The notes under the pieces: generated by a model | Told to the model about the DNA's origin: nothing | The model's input: the letters and a program-made list of their open reading frames with translations, nothing else | Database searches by the model: none | Position numbers and translations under genes: made by a program | Shown here: positions 8,047-17,956 of the stretch, piece after piece | Numbering within the stretch: the first letter of the stretch is position 1 | Layout of the letters: each line of letters begins with the position of its first letter | Source: a virus | Strand: one strand, 5' to 3' | IMG/VR virus record: IMGVR_UViG_3300025502_000077 | Length of the DNA stretch: 36,107 nt

Positions 8047-9590
8047 TGGCTGAGCAACTACAGAATATTACAATTGCAGCTCCAGGCTTCTTGGGTATAA
8101 ACACTCAAGACTCGCCTATTGGACTAGATCCTGCATATGCTTCTATTGCTGACAACTGTGTTATTGATCAGTTAGGTCGCGTAGGTGCTCGTCAGGGCTA
8201 CACAAAGATCACTACTAACGGTGGAGATGTCTTAGGCACTAGCAGAGGTATTGAGAGCGTATTTGAGTTTATCAGTGTAACTAACATAACTACTGTGTTC
8301 TCTGCAGGCAACAACAAGATCTTTACAGGCTCAACTACTTTAACAGAAGTGACACTGCCTGCTGGTTATACGATCAGCGACAACAACTGGAAGATTGTAT
8401 CTTTTAACAACGATGTTTACTTCTTCCAAAAAGGTCACGCACCTTTAGAGAGTGTTGGAGGGTCAACAACGCTTACGCTTTTAACAACTTCCGGTGGTAA
8501 TCAACCTCCACAAGGTAACGATGTACTTGCTGCTTATGGACGCCTGTGGTCGTGTGACGTTGTTAACAACAAGTACACAGTGTATTGGAGTTCGTTGCTT
8601 GCTGGCGATGATTGGCATGGTGGGTCTTCAGGTAGTATTAACTTAACTACAGTGTGGCCTAACGGGTACGATGAAGTGGTAGCTCTTGCTGAACACAACA
8701 ACTTCTTGCTAGTGTTCGGTAAAAGAAATGTATTAATCTTTACAGGTGCTCAGAGTCCTTCTTCAGACTTAACCTTACACGACACAGTTGAAGGTACAGG
8801 TTGTATAGCAAGAGATTCTATACAAAGTACAGGAACGGACTTGCTTTTTCTTTCTAATCGTGGTATAATGTCCCTAGGAAGGATAGTCCAGGAGAAGTCT
8901 CTACCTCTACGTGACGTAAGCATGAATGTCCGTAGTGACCTGCTGGCTGCTGTAGAAGAAGAAGCACACGCTAATGGTCATAGAGAAGAGATTAAATCTA
9001 TCTATAGCCCTGTCCATGCTTTCTACTTGCTGACGTTACCGTCCAGTAATATTGTTTATTGCTTTGATGTACGTCAGCCTTTAGAGAATGGATCGTTTCG
9101 TGTCACTACCTGGACAGCGTTAGAGCCTGTTGCGTTTACTGTGTTTGCTGATGACTCTTTGTACATGGGACGCAATGAAGGCATCATACGCTACGGTAGC
9201 TATCTTGACGACACGGCTAAATATCAGCTTCGTTACTTTAGTAACCCTAACGATTTCCAGAGTCCAGCTAACTTGAAGTTCTTGAAGAAGTTTAACTTGA
9301 CTATTATTGGAGGTCAAAGCACAGAGACTGTCTTAAACTGGGGTTATGATTACACAGAAAGCTACACAAAGCAAGCATTTATTTTTGGCAGCGGTGTACC
9401 TGCTGAGTACGGTATAGCAGAGTATAACACTACTGGCGAATACACAGGATCTGTTGTGGTTAACACACCTAAAGTAAACGCTTCAGGAAACGGTAATGTG
9501 CTGACAATAGGCATTGAAGCTCAAATTAACAACTCACCTTTTTCAATACAGAAAATTGACATACACGCTCTAGTAGGGAGAATGCTCTAA
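8046..9590 (+). CDS. Putative tail tubular protein B / nozzle-like protein (514 aa)
   Basis: The start is taken at the ATG overlapping the upstream stop (TAATG) rather than the track start at 8031. The N-terminus ...APGFLGINTQDSPIGLDP...N...D..GRVGARQG resembles the conserved N-terminal motif of gp12-type proteins. The body is beta-rich. Confidence 0.45.
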   Translation: MAEQLQNITIAAPGFLGINTQDSPIGLDPAYASIADNCVIDQLGRVGARQGYTKITTNGGDVLGTSRGIESVFEFISVTNITTVFSAGNNKIFTGSTTLTEVTLPAGYTISDNNWKIVSFNNDVYFFQKGHAPLESVGGSTTLTLLTTSGGNQPPQGNDVLAAYGRLWSCDVVNNKYTVYWSSLLAGDDWHGGSSGSINLTTVWPNGYDEVVALAEHNNFLLVFGKRNVLIFTGAQSPSSDLTLHDTVEGTGCIARDSIQSTGTDLLFLSNRGIMSLGRIVQEKSLPLRDVSMNVRSDLLAAVEEEAHANGHREEIKSIYSPVHAFYLLTLPSSNIVYCFDVRQPLENGSFRVTTWTALEPVAFTVFADDSLYMGRNEGIIRYGSYLDDTAKYQLRYFSNPNDFQSPANLKFLKKFNLTIIGGQSTETVLNWGYDYTESYTKQAFIFGSGVPAEYGIAEYNTTGEYTGSVVVNTPKVNASGNGNVLTIGIEAQINNSPFSIQKIDIHALVGRML

Positions 9591-9823
9591 TGTCCGATTA
9601 TACGAAAACCACTAACTTCGCAACTAAGGACTCTTTAGCTTCTGGCAACCCTGCTAAGATTGTGAAGGGTACTGAAATTAACACTGAGTTTAACAACATA
9701 CAGACCGCTGTTAACTCTAAAGCTAACTCAGCTAGTCCTACAATAACAGGAACAATGACTGCCGCTACTGTCAACGTAACTGGCACATTGACTGCTGACA
9801 CAATTACTGGAGGATCCTACTAA
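9590..9823 (+). CDS. 77-aa protein consisting only of a tail-fibre N-terminal (tail-attachment) type domain
   Basis: DYTKTTNFATKDSLASGNPAKIVKGTEINTEFNNIQTAVNSKA is the motif common at the N-termini of podovirus fibres. The protein ends ...TITGGSY. Confidence 0.55.
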   Translation: MSDYTKTTNFATKDSLASGNPAKIVKGTEINTEFNNIQTAVNSKANSASPTITGTMTAATVNVTGTLTADTITGGSY

Positions 9824-10782
9824 TGTCTTTATTTACAGGTAATAATATTTCAGACATGCTTGGAGCTGGTGGTGCTTATTACCTAGGCAATCAAGCTTCT
9901 GATATTGCTAGAGAAGGTGGCGATGTAGCGAGAAACTTAGCAAATGAAGCAGCTACTACTTCAAGAGCAGAGTCAGCTTTTCAGCCATACACTGTAACAA
10001 GCAACTTGGCTAACATAGGTACAACTGCTCAAGGTGGTTACAACCTCAACCTTTCACCTCAACAGCAACAGCTTCAAAACCAGCTTCTAGGGCAATCTCA
10101 GCAGTTGTTTGGACAGGTGGGTCAAGACCCCGCAGCTCGCGCACAAGGCATCTACGAGCAGATTAGGGCTACTCAGCAGCCTGGTGAAGAGAGAGACCGC
10201 TTAAAGATGCAAGAGAACTTGTTTGCAGGTGGTCGTGGTGGTATACAGACTGCACAGTATGGTGGTTCTCCAGAGCAGTTTGCTTATGAGCAGGCTAGAG
10301 CAGAGTCACAGAACACTGCTGCATTAGGCGCACGAGAGCGTGTGTTAGCAGAAGAAGCTCAAGCGTTGACCTCAGCTCAAGGTTTGATGGCTTCTGGTTA
10401 CAACCCACAACAGCAAGCTCTATCGCTTCTGGAAGGTAGTCAAATACCTGCTGGTTATGCTTCTGCTGGTCAACGCACAGGCGCTGAGCTAAGCAGTCAG
10501 TTACGTGGTAGAGGAATTGAGTCTTACGTACAAGGACAGGACTTAGGTAACAGAATTGATCTACAGACTCAAGACGCTATCTTAGGTCTATTGACGGGTC
10601 AGCAGATGTCTCCGCTGCAGCAAGCGCAGATAGCTGAGATCTATGCAGGTATGGGTCAAGAAGCGCCAGGTGGCGGTGGTCTTATTGGTAAAGGTTTTGA
10701 TTGGTTATTTGGAGGCAACGGCAACAGCGAGTATGGCAACATTGGCGATCCTTTTGCTGATAATTTTGGAGGTACGCAATAA
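9823..10782 (+). CDS. Gln/Gly-rich internal virion / ejection-type protein (319 aa)
   Basis: Position equivalent to T7 gp13/14; ATGA-type coupling with its neighbours; low-complexity Q/G/A composition. Confidence 0.5.
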   Translation: MSLFTGNNISDMLGAGGAYYLGNQASDIAREGGDVARNLANEAATTSRAESAFQPYTVTSNLANIGTTAQGGYNLNLSPQQQQLQNQLLGQSQQLFGQVGQDPAARAQGIYEQIRATQQPGEERDRLKMQENLFAGGRGGIQTAQYGGSPEQFAYEQARAESQNTAALGARERVLAEEAQALTSAQGLMASGYNPQQQALSLLEGSQIPAGYASAGQRTGAELSSQLRGRGIESYVQGQDLGNRIDLQTQDAILGLLTGQQMSPLQQAQIAEIYAGMGQEAPGGGGLIGKGFDWLFGGNGNSEYGNIGDPFADNFGGTQ

Positions 10783-12146
10783 TGGCTAACATAGATTACG
10801 CAGGTTTATTGACAGGCATAAGCGGTCAGAACCAACGACCAAGTCCGTTTACTTCTCCTTCAAGAGATCAACAGCTTCTAGGCTTTGCAGCTAAACAGAA
10901 CGAAGCATTGACTGGCCGCCTTGGTGGCATGTTTGGACTACAGCAGCAAGACCCTGTAGAGCTTGCTAAGACAAAGCTAGTGGGGCTAGATCCTACAAAC
11001 CCAGCAGATCAAGCACAGTTTATACAGCTGTTGAATATTGTTGATCCTGCGAAGGCTGCTCAGTTTAAACAGCAGTTGGATTCTAAAGCTACTTCGTTGA
11101 CTAAGAGTACAAATGATGCTACTACAGTGGCTGACGCATTGCCGGCACAGTACGCATCGTTAGCAAAAGCTGTTCGTAATAAAGTACCTGGCGCTCTTCA
11201 AAGAGCAGTTGAAATACTAGGAGCTGCTCCAACAAAACCAGAAGAAGACCCCGCTTTAGTTAAAGAGTATAGGTTTGCGAAAACACCTAAAGGAGGAAGT
11301 TTTGAAGGCACGTTACAAGACTGGGCAGAGCTTAAAAAAGCTAGAGGAACAGTTATAAAAACTACTCAAACTCCTGCAGAAAAAATGACAGAGAATAATT
11401 TAGAGCGTCAAGCAAAATATGTTGATATAACTGCACCTGTAGCTGCAACGGCTGTCACGGATAAGCAAGCAGCAAACGCTATACTGAATGAAGTAGAAAA
11501 AGGTTTTGACACAGGCATGGTTGCTAATTTTGTAGCTAACCAATCTAAAAATTTACAAGGTATTTTTCAACTAGCGGGCGTAGCTTATCCGGAATCTTTT
11601 TCTGAGAAAATTAAAGATCAAGCTGTTCTAAAGATTTTACAGAACGAAGCTATTATACCAATGATGGATGCGCAAGGTAAAGGATTTACAGATAAAGATT
11701 TAGAATATCAGCAGGACGTGCTACCTGGTTACACCCAGCCTTGGCAGTATAACGAAGCAGCGGCAACAATTAAGTTACATAAAGCTGTAAATCAGATTGA
11801 AGAAAACACTTTTGCTAATCAACGTGCTAACTTATCTGAAGTGACTCCATTAGACCATACTACTTTATGGGATGATTATTTAACTAAAATCCCTAGAAGT
11901 AAAATAGCAGCAGCTAAAAGAAACGGTATTGATTACAAAAGAATGGAAGTCATACAGGACAGTGCTAATCTTTCACAATACTGGGTAAAAGATAAGCCTA
12001 GAGGTTTTACCTTGTCGATCAAAGGCGAGAATAAAGATGTAACTTGGGCTGATATTAAAGACACTGCCGCAGCTAATGACATGAACATTAGAGAATTTTT
12101 AGCAGCTTATGAAAACCAAGGTTTAATTGTAAAAGGCGTTTACTAA
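10782..12146 (+). CDS. Internal virion / ejection-type protein (454 aa)
   Basis: Position equivalent to T7 gp15; translationally coupled; no catalytic motif recognised. Confidence 0.5.
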   Translation: MANIDYAGLLTGISGQNQRPSPFTSPSRDQQLLGFAAKQNEALTGRLGGMFGLQQQDPVELAKTKLVGLDPTNPADQAQFIQLLNIVDPAKAAQFKQQLDSKATSLTKSTNDATTVADALPAQYASLAKAVRNKVPGALQRAVEILGAAPTKPEEDPALVKEYRFAKTPKGGSFEGTLQDWAELKKARGTVIKTTQTPAEKMTENNLERQAKYVDITAPVAATAVTDKQAANAILNEVEKGFDTGMVANFVANQSKNLQGIFQLAGVAYPESFSEKIKDQAVLKILQNEAIIPMMDAQGKGFTDKDLEYQQDVLPGYTQPWQYNEAAATIKLHKAVNQIEENTFANQRANLSEVTPLDHTTLWDDYLTKIPRSKIAAAKRNGIDYKRMEVIQDSANLSQYWVKDKPRGFTLSIKGENKDVTWADIKDTAAANDMNIREFLAAYENQGLIVKGVY

Positions 12147-15097
12147 TGGCAATATTCGACACTTCTAACGTAATCTTTGAGTCAGGAGCTTCTAGCAATG
12201 GGGTTGTTTTTGATACAGGTATTGAGTTCCCTAACGAAGTCATTGCAAGACTAGCTGGCGAAAAAAGAATAGAAGAGCTGCAAGGAGGAGCAACACCGCC
12301 TACATCTTTTCCAGAAGTTCCTGTTCTTTCTGATCAAGGCACTAATGTTACTCCACGCCCAGAGGAAAGTTTACTACAACAAGCAGGAGAAGAGCTACGC
12401 TATCGTACAGCGCCTGTTGTAAATCCTGTAATGGAAGTGGTAGACGCTATGGTAACGCCTATTTATAGTTTTGGCTATGACATGGCTGTGCGGGTTCCTA
12501 CTTACTTAGCTACTATGGGAACTAGAAACTTAGAAAACCTAGCGGAATCTTCTAACGTAAACATAGACATGGAGTGGGAAGGCGGCTACGACATAGGAGT
12601 TCCTGATTTATTCAGAAACAAGAGTTTTGTTAATGATGCTGAAACTGAACAATTCTTAGACAAAGGCGGTTTTTACGCTTCTCTTGGTCTTGGTATTACC
12701 AGTGCTGCTCGTGCTTCAATAAACATGTTAGGCGCTGGCTTTGTCAACTACGGGAAAAGAGGAGTCGCGCTAAACCCTAAAACTGGTCAGCCTTTTGTAG
12801 GAGTAGAAGGAGCGCGGACAGGTATCACAAGGTCTCTAGCAGAGTCTTCGCTACCTACTGAAGCTAAAGTAGCGTTAGCTATGGCTGTGGCGGGAGAAGT
12901 AGCTTCTGCTGCTACTGGCTCAGACAGTGCTCTTATAGCTTTGCCTGCTGAAATTGCTGGTGGTTTTGCAGCAGCGCGTAAACCAGCTACTTATTTAGAA
13001 GCTGCTACTGGCATTATTAAGTACGCAGACACAGGTGTTGAGGTAGTAGGTAAGAAAATAATAGACGCTTTTGATGCTAAGTTTGGGGAAGACGCAGTAA
13101 CTTTAGCTAGTCAACGAATTAGAGGAGAGAGTGTCAGCCCTTTAGAAGCTAAACTAGCTTTAGAAACTGCTGACGATGCTTCTATTTTATCTGTAGCTCA
13201 ACAAACAAATGACTCAGGTATCCTCACTTTAGAAAGAGCGTTAGCTGCTGAGGACAGTGTTTTTGCAGGTTTTGTAGACGACCAAGTTGATCAAGCTCAG
13301 TACTCGTTAGCGAGAGAATTAGAAACTCTAATGAATCCAGAAAGCAGTTCTTTAGATTGGACAGCACTAAAAGACTTCTTGCCTAAGATACAAAACGACT
13401 TGATAGCTCAAGTAGACGACAGAGTTATGATTGAGACAGAGAAGCTTACTAAGCTTTTAAAAGTTTACGATGGCGATGTCACTAAAATGTCCAAAGAGTT
13501 TGAGGAATCTTTTAATAAAATATACGCAGATGTTAAACAACAAGAAAACAACCTCTGGCAGCCTATAAACGACTCTGTAAAGATACCGACTAAACCTTTA
13601 GTAGACGCTGTTGAAACAATTGTCGCTAACTCCAGCTCACAAGCAGTGCTTCCTGCCGAGGAGTTTGCTAACATTCTAGGAAAAGGTGTTGCACGTACAG
13701 GTAAAGGCTGGAAGACGTTTGAAGTTACTCCTGATAACAAGAAGCGGTTAGCTGAAGCAGGCGTAAAAGTTAAATGGCCTGACGCACCTCTACAAACTGT
13801 AGAAGCTCCTCTAGTCCTTAGAGATTTAAGAAGCAAGCTCAACTCCATGGCTAGAAGCGCAAACGCAGCGACAGACCCTACTTTTCAATATAACCAGAAA
13901 GCTCTAGGGGAAGCTCAGCAAGCTGCTTTAGACAATATAACACTAGGTGTTGAAAGTGTTAATCCACAGCTTCGTGAGTACTATTTAGCGGCTACTGCTT
14001 TCTCTAAAAAAATACACGACACTTTCACTAGAGGAACTTTTGTACCCAAAGCTAAGAAGGCGGTTAAAGAGAAGAAGCTAGAGACAATGGTAGGCGGTCA
14101 AACAGCCAAGCAAACTGACATGGATATTGTTGCTAGGGAGATGGAAGAAGTCTTTAATTTAGCAACGTCTGGCAGCAGCGCCGCCCAGTCTAACGCTTTA
14201 AAACAGGCTGAAGGCTTTCTTCTTGCTAAGTTCCAGGCTCAGGTAAACCCTAATAAACTAGAAGATTTCAAGGCGTTTGAAACTTCCCACTCGTCTTGGA
14301 TAGAAAGATTCCCAGCAGTAGGTGAAGCTATTAAAGCAGCAAAGAAAAAGGCGAGGTCTCAAGGGAAAGTAGTACAGAACGCTGAAACAGCAGCGGAAGT
14401 GGCGCGTTTGGACGACTTCTACGGAGTGGCTAACATGACGCCAGAGCAGGTTATGGATGTTATTCTTAAATCTTCAAGCCCTACACAAACTTCTGCCAGG
14501 TTCCGCAAGCTTTTAAGCACTAACAAAGAAGCTCTTGCTGTATTTAAAGAACAGGTTGCTAATCGTGTGGTTGCGCAATCAATGAAAATTGTTGATTCGC
14601 AAGTAGCAGGTAAAGGCAACGTAGAGCTTATTGATCCTGTTAGTTTTTCAAAAATTCTAAAAGATTTTAAGCCGTTGACTGCCGTGTTTAACACTGCTGA
14701 ACAGAAAGGTTTAGAGCTGTTGCTTAGAGATGTAAGCAGTATAAGTAAATCTCTATCTGCTAAAAGAGGATATACAAAAGTTGCACCCCCTAAAACAAGT
14801 GCTGGTCTAATACTAGCGGCTAAGTTAGCTGCTTTGAAAGGCGTTAACTTACTAGCCGGTTCTTCTTCTATTGTGTTGGCGGGCACAGCTTCTAACGCCG
14901 CAACTAAAGCAATACAAAACTTAGGAGTAGAAGCGTCTAGTAAAGTTCTAAAAGAAGCTTATAAGAACCCAGAGCTTATGAAAGTTCTCCTTAGTAAGGA
15001 TATCACAAGGAACCAGCTACAACTTTTGCAGTCAGGTAGGTTTAAAACAGGACGTATTATTTATAACGCTTTAACAGAGAAGGCAACTCAGCAGTAA
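12146..15097 (+). CDS. Large internal virion / ejection-type protein (983 aa)
   Basis: Last and largest gene of the structural operon (T7 gp16 position). It is alpha-helical and Ala-rich. No transglycosylase or RNAP motif was recognised. Confidence 0.5.
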   Translation: MAIFDTSNVIFESGASSNGVVFDTGIEFPNEVIARLAGEKRIEELQGGATPPTSFPEVPVLSDQGTNVTPRPEESLLQQAGEELRYRTAPVVNPVMEVVDAMVTPIYSFGYDMAVRVPTYLATMGTRNLENLAESSNVNIDMEWEGGYDIGVPDLFRNKSFVNDAETEQFLDKGGFYASLGLGITSAARASINMLGAGFVNYGKRGVALNPKTGQPFVGVEGARTGITRSLAESSLPTEAKVALAMAVAGEVASAATGSDSALIALPAEIAGGFAAARKPATYLEAATGIIKYADTGVEVVGKKIIDAFDAKFGEDAVTLASQRIRGESVSPLEAKLALETADDASILSVAQQTNDSGILTLERALAAEDSVFAGFVDDQVDQAQYSLARELETLMNPESSSLDWTALKDFLPKIQNDLIAQVDDRVMIETEKLTKLLKVYDGDVTKMSKEFEESFNKIYADVKQQENNLWQPINDSVKIPTKPLVDAVETIVANSSSQAVLPAEEFANILGKGVARTGKGWKTFEVTPDNKKRLAEAGVKVKWPDAPLQTVEAPLVLRDLRSKLNSMARSANAATDPTFQYNQKALGEAQQAALDNITLGVESVNPQLREYYLAATAFSKKIHDTFTRGTFVPKAKKAVKEKKLETMVGGQTAKQTDMDIVAREMEEVFNLATSGSSAAQSNALKQAEGFLLAKFQAQVNPNKLEDFKAFETSHSSWIERFPAVGEAIKAAKKKARSQGKVVQNAETAAEVARLDDFYGVANMTPEQVMDVILKSSSPTQTSARFRKLLSTNKEALAVFKEQVANRVVAQSMKIVDSQVAGKGNVELIDPVSFSKILKDFKPLTAVFNTAEQKGLELLLRDVSSISKSLSAKRGYTKVAPPKTSAGLILAAKLAALKGVNLLAGSSSIVLAGTASNAATKAIQNLGVEASSKVLKEAYKNPELMKVLLSKDITRNQLQLLQSGRFKTGRIIYNALTEKATQQ

Positions 15098-15099
15098 TA

Positions 15100-15133
15100 A
15101 AAAAGCCCTATAGAATCTCTCTATAGGGCTTTT
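15100..15133. terminator. Bidirectional rho-independent terminator between the convergent operons
   Basis: AAAAGCCCTATAGA-ATCTC-TCTATAGGGCTTTT: a 14-bp perfect stem (including A/T ends) that gives a U-tract on both strands. It sits between the stops at 15097 (+) and 15174 (-). Confidence 0.85.
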
Positions 15134-15173
15134 ACACTTTTATGTACCAATAAATGCTAATTCACTACACTTT

Positions 15174-17054
15174 TTACACTATTTCACATGCTCCACCAGT
15201 ACACGCTAACTCTTGTGACCCTGTGGTGTTGTCTTCTTTCTCGAAGTTACCCAGGTCAATCCACTCAACACCTTGTGGCATAGCTGCTAATAGCTCTTCA
15301 TACTTCTCAGCAGTGATGTCTTCATACGGAGCTTGCTGATACAGATGATCACTAAACGGCAACAAGCTGATACCGCTACAGATGTCAAAGTTATCCCAGA
15401 TCCATTGTGCTACCTGCAGGAACTCATCATCGGTGTAGTATACAGTGATGCTTGGCTTATGTTCACACCAGTGGTTCTGATATGCTTTCCAAAGCTGTAG
15501 CTGTTCCATAGCTCCTACCTGGCTCACTGTAACGCTTGTCTCTGGAGCTTTAACAGGGAAGCTAAAGACAGAGGAAGCAGGACTCATTACATCTTGTTCA
15601 ACAGGGAATCCAGCTTCGGCCATGAAGATAGCAAGTGGGTCTTTCTTGTCTGAGCGTACACGGCGGATGTAATGCTTAGAGAAGCGAGGGTGAATGCCAC
15701 TAGCGCTATCAACAAGCTGAGACACAGTACCAGACGGCTTAACAGCAGTGACAGCAGTAGACTGATTAATACCAAGCTTCTCAGCCCACACCTTATTTGT
15801 TTCAACAGCCACATCTCTAACTTCCTCTAACCAACGCGCTAAGTCAGGTGAGTCTCCTTTACTCAACAAGTAGTGATCCATAATACCTGTCATGCTTACA
15901 CCCAAGAGCGCCTCTTCTTCTGTGTTCTTCTTCCAACAAGCTCGTAAGTATCTGAAGTCTGTCAGTGTAGCCTGCAGTGTGCCTATGATCGCTGCTACCT
16001 CAGCCTTAGCCTTGAGTGTCTTGAGTGTGTCATCTGCCCGTACAACGATCTCTGATAGGTTACAGAACTGGTTGCTGCGTAAAATTATTTCACTGCAAGG
16101 ATTCGTCCCGAAGTCATGCTTAGCGTCACGTCGTCCGTTACGTGCTGCAATCTTCTGAGCTGCAACGCGACTAAAGATACCACGCTCGCCTGCTTTAGAC
16201 TCATACATGTTAGCCATCTCTGCCAGGAACGACTCAAAGTCTGGCTTCTCAGTGTAGGCTACAGAGTTGTTAGCGAGTCTGCGCTGACCTTCTAATTCCC
16301 ACCAGTTACCGTTCTTAGCTTTAGCCATACGAGGATCTGACAGGTTAGACAGGCTGATAAGAGCTGATCTACGTACACCGCCTACAACAACAATGTCTGC
16401 AATCTTACAGCAGATGTCATGGCACTCAATGCTTGTTAGCTTACGACCAGCAGCTTTCTGGAACACAGCCATACAGAACTTAAACAGATCTTCCAAAGGC
16501 TCTGGCCCTGAAGCTCTACCGCCAAAGGTTTTAAGACGTTCGCCAGCACCGCGTACCTTGTGTACGTCATACTTAGGTATCTTGCCAGCGTATAACATAG
16601 CAATTAGCTCACGGAACGCAGAAGCCCAACCAATCTTGCTGTCAGCTACAACAATAACGCTGTCTGTCTCGTGGAAAGTCTCAGCCACTACTGGTAGCTT
16701 GGTGATGAAGTTACGCTCTACGCTGAAGCCTACACCTGTGCCACACATCAACACGTACATCAGCTCGTCAAAGCTACGCGGTGAGTCTATGTGCAAGTAA
16801 CTGCAATTGTATCCAGCTACATTGTCTTTATCTAAAGCTTCGCCTGCTGTCATCATGCAACGCATTGAAGGCATAACTTCTAGGTTGTGGATGGCGTTGA
16901 ACAACTGTAAGGCCACCTTTTCATTTATTTGGCCCCGGTCTTTCCAGAAGTCTACGTAGCGATTGACTGTCTCGTCCCATGTCTCACGCCGTGAAGCCTC
17001 TGGAATCCACCGTGCATATCTACTTTTATGTATAAATTGTTGATACTGATCCAT
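15174..17054 (-). CDS. nrdJ: Class II adenosylcobalamin-dependent ribonucleotide reductase, monomeric RTPR-like (626 aa)
   Basis: The N-terminus FIHKSRYARWIPEASRRETWDETVNRYV parallels the Lactobacillus leichmannii RTPR N-terminus. There is an active-site NPCSEI and a C-terminal Cys pair (CTGGACEIV). No small-subunit gene is present in the genome. Confidence 0.85.
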   Translation of the reverse strand: MDQYQQFIHKSRYARWIPEASRRETWDETVNRYVDFWKDRGQINEKVALQLFNAIHNLEVMPSMRCMMTAGEALDKDNVAGYNCSYLHIDSPRSFDELMYVLMCGTGVGFSVERNFITKLPVVAETFHETDSVIVVADSKIGWASAFRELIAMLYAGKIPKYDVHKVRGAGERLKTFGGRASGPEPLEDLFKFCMAVFQKAAGRKLTSIECHDICCKIADIVVVGGVRRSALISLSNLSDPRMAKAKNGNWWELEGQRRLANNSVAYTEKPDFESFLAEMANMYESKAGERGIFSRVAAQKIAARNGRRDAKHDFGTNPCSEIILRSNQFCNLSEIVVRADDTLKTLKAKAEVAAIIGTLQATLTDFRYLRACWKKNTEEEALLGVSMTGIMDHYLLSKGDSPDLARWLEEVRDVAVETNKVWAEKLGINQSTAVTAVKPSGTVSQLVDSASGIHPRFSKHYIRRVRSDKKDPLAIFMAEAGFPVEQDVMSPASSVFSFPVKAPETSVTVSQVGAMEQLQLWKAYQNHWCEHKPSITVYYTDDEFLQVAQWIWDNFDICSGISLLPFSDHLYQQAPYEDITAEKYEELLAAMPQGVEWIDLGNFEKEDNTTGSQELACTGGACEIV

Positions 17055-17236
17055 TATTCCATATCCTCTGGGTTAAATTCAAAATACTCATCAAAGCCCT
17101 GCATGATGTACTGCTCTATACAGGACTTAATTGTTTCTTCAATAGGTGTGTCTGTGTGCTTGTGCGCCCTAGTATACCCTGCATCTATACCTGACTCAAC
17201 TATTCGTTCTATAAGTGGGTACATTTTAAGTTTCAT
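17054..17236 (-). CDS. Hypothetical protein (60 aa)
   Basis: Its stop overlaps the nrdJ start (TAATG); consistent operon packing. Confidence 0.5.
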   Translation of the reverse strand: MKLKMYPLIERIVESGIDAGYTRAHKHTDTPIEETIKSCIEQYIMQGFDEYFEFNPEDME

Positions 17237-17606
17237 TACGATACTCTAGTTCATCTTGCATTACTTTGTATAGGGCTGGACGCATGGTTGCCTTCTGAGT
17301 GTCAAGACAGGCTTGTAAATGCCCTGTGTCCATATCAGCAATTGCAACATACTTCAAAGTCTGATCACCCTGCTTACCATAAGTGCCCCATTTGACTGCT
17401 ACTCTTATCATTTCATGGTTATCGTCTGACCAAACAGTTAGCAGCTTTTCATCACCGTTGACAGACCTCCGTACATAATCCCAACCACCATCTAACATAT
17501 ACTCTTTACCGTTAGCGTCTGTATGCGTCACGTAGTCGTGTCGATGAGCTGAGTGCAACACTGTACCATCAGGTGTTCGCATCTTGTTACTCAGTATTTC
17601 ACTCAT
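17226..17606 (-). CDS. Conserved-looking hypothetical protein (126 aa)
   Basis: Coupled ORF; His/Asp-rich segment RTPDGTVLHSAHRHDYVTHTDANGKEYMLDGGWDY; function unknown. Confidence 0.55.
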   Translation of the reverse strand: MSEILSNKMRTPDGTVLHSAHRHDYVTHTDANGKEYMLDGGWDYVRRSVNGDEKLLTVWSDDNHEMIRVAVKWGTYGKQGDQTLKYVAIADMDTGHLQACLDTQKATMRPALYKVMQDELEYRNET

Positions 17607-17794
17607 AACTTATATTCCTTAGCGCTGTTAAGAAACTCCGTCAGCATCGCGTAACATTCACCTGCATCTGCTGCTAACTCTCCACGATAGGTAAGACCTT
17701 TTTCATCAATTACTAATACTACTTCGTCACCAAGGTTAAAATTAATAGTTGGAGCAACTGTGGATATTGTGTTGTCGAGGCACATAGCACTCAT
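17603..17794 (-). CDS. Hypothetical protein (63 aa)
   Basis: 4-nt overlaps with both neighbours. Confidence 0.5.
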   Translation of the reverse strand: MSAMCLDNTISTVAPTINFNLGDEVVLVIDEKGLTYRGELAADAGECYAMLTEFLNSAKEYKL

Positions 17795-17797
17795 CAG

Positions 17798-17953
17798 TCA
17801 TCCTCCTGAGCCTTTACATTTTACACACAGCTCTGTACCTTTGTGTGGCGTTTCATCCTCTGGTTCAAAACCTTGTAGACCTGAACCTGAACAGCCAGCA
17901 CAAGCTGTTTTTATGTCTCCGTTTTCGTCTAAAAAGCTCCAATCTGTAGCCAT
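17798..17953 (-). CDS. 51-aa DnaJ-type zinc-finger miniprotein; not in the supplied ORF track
   Basis: Hand translation: MATDWSFLDENGDIKTACAGCSGSGLQGFEPEDETPHKGTELCVKCKGSGG. It has two CxxCxGxG motifs and fills the 17795-17956 gap exactly between neighbouring genes. Confidence 0.55.
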   Translation of the reverse strand: MATDWSFLDENGDIKTACAGCSGSGLQGFEPEDETPHKGTELCVKCKGSGG

Positions 17954-17956
17954 CAG

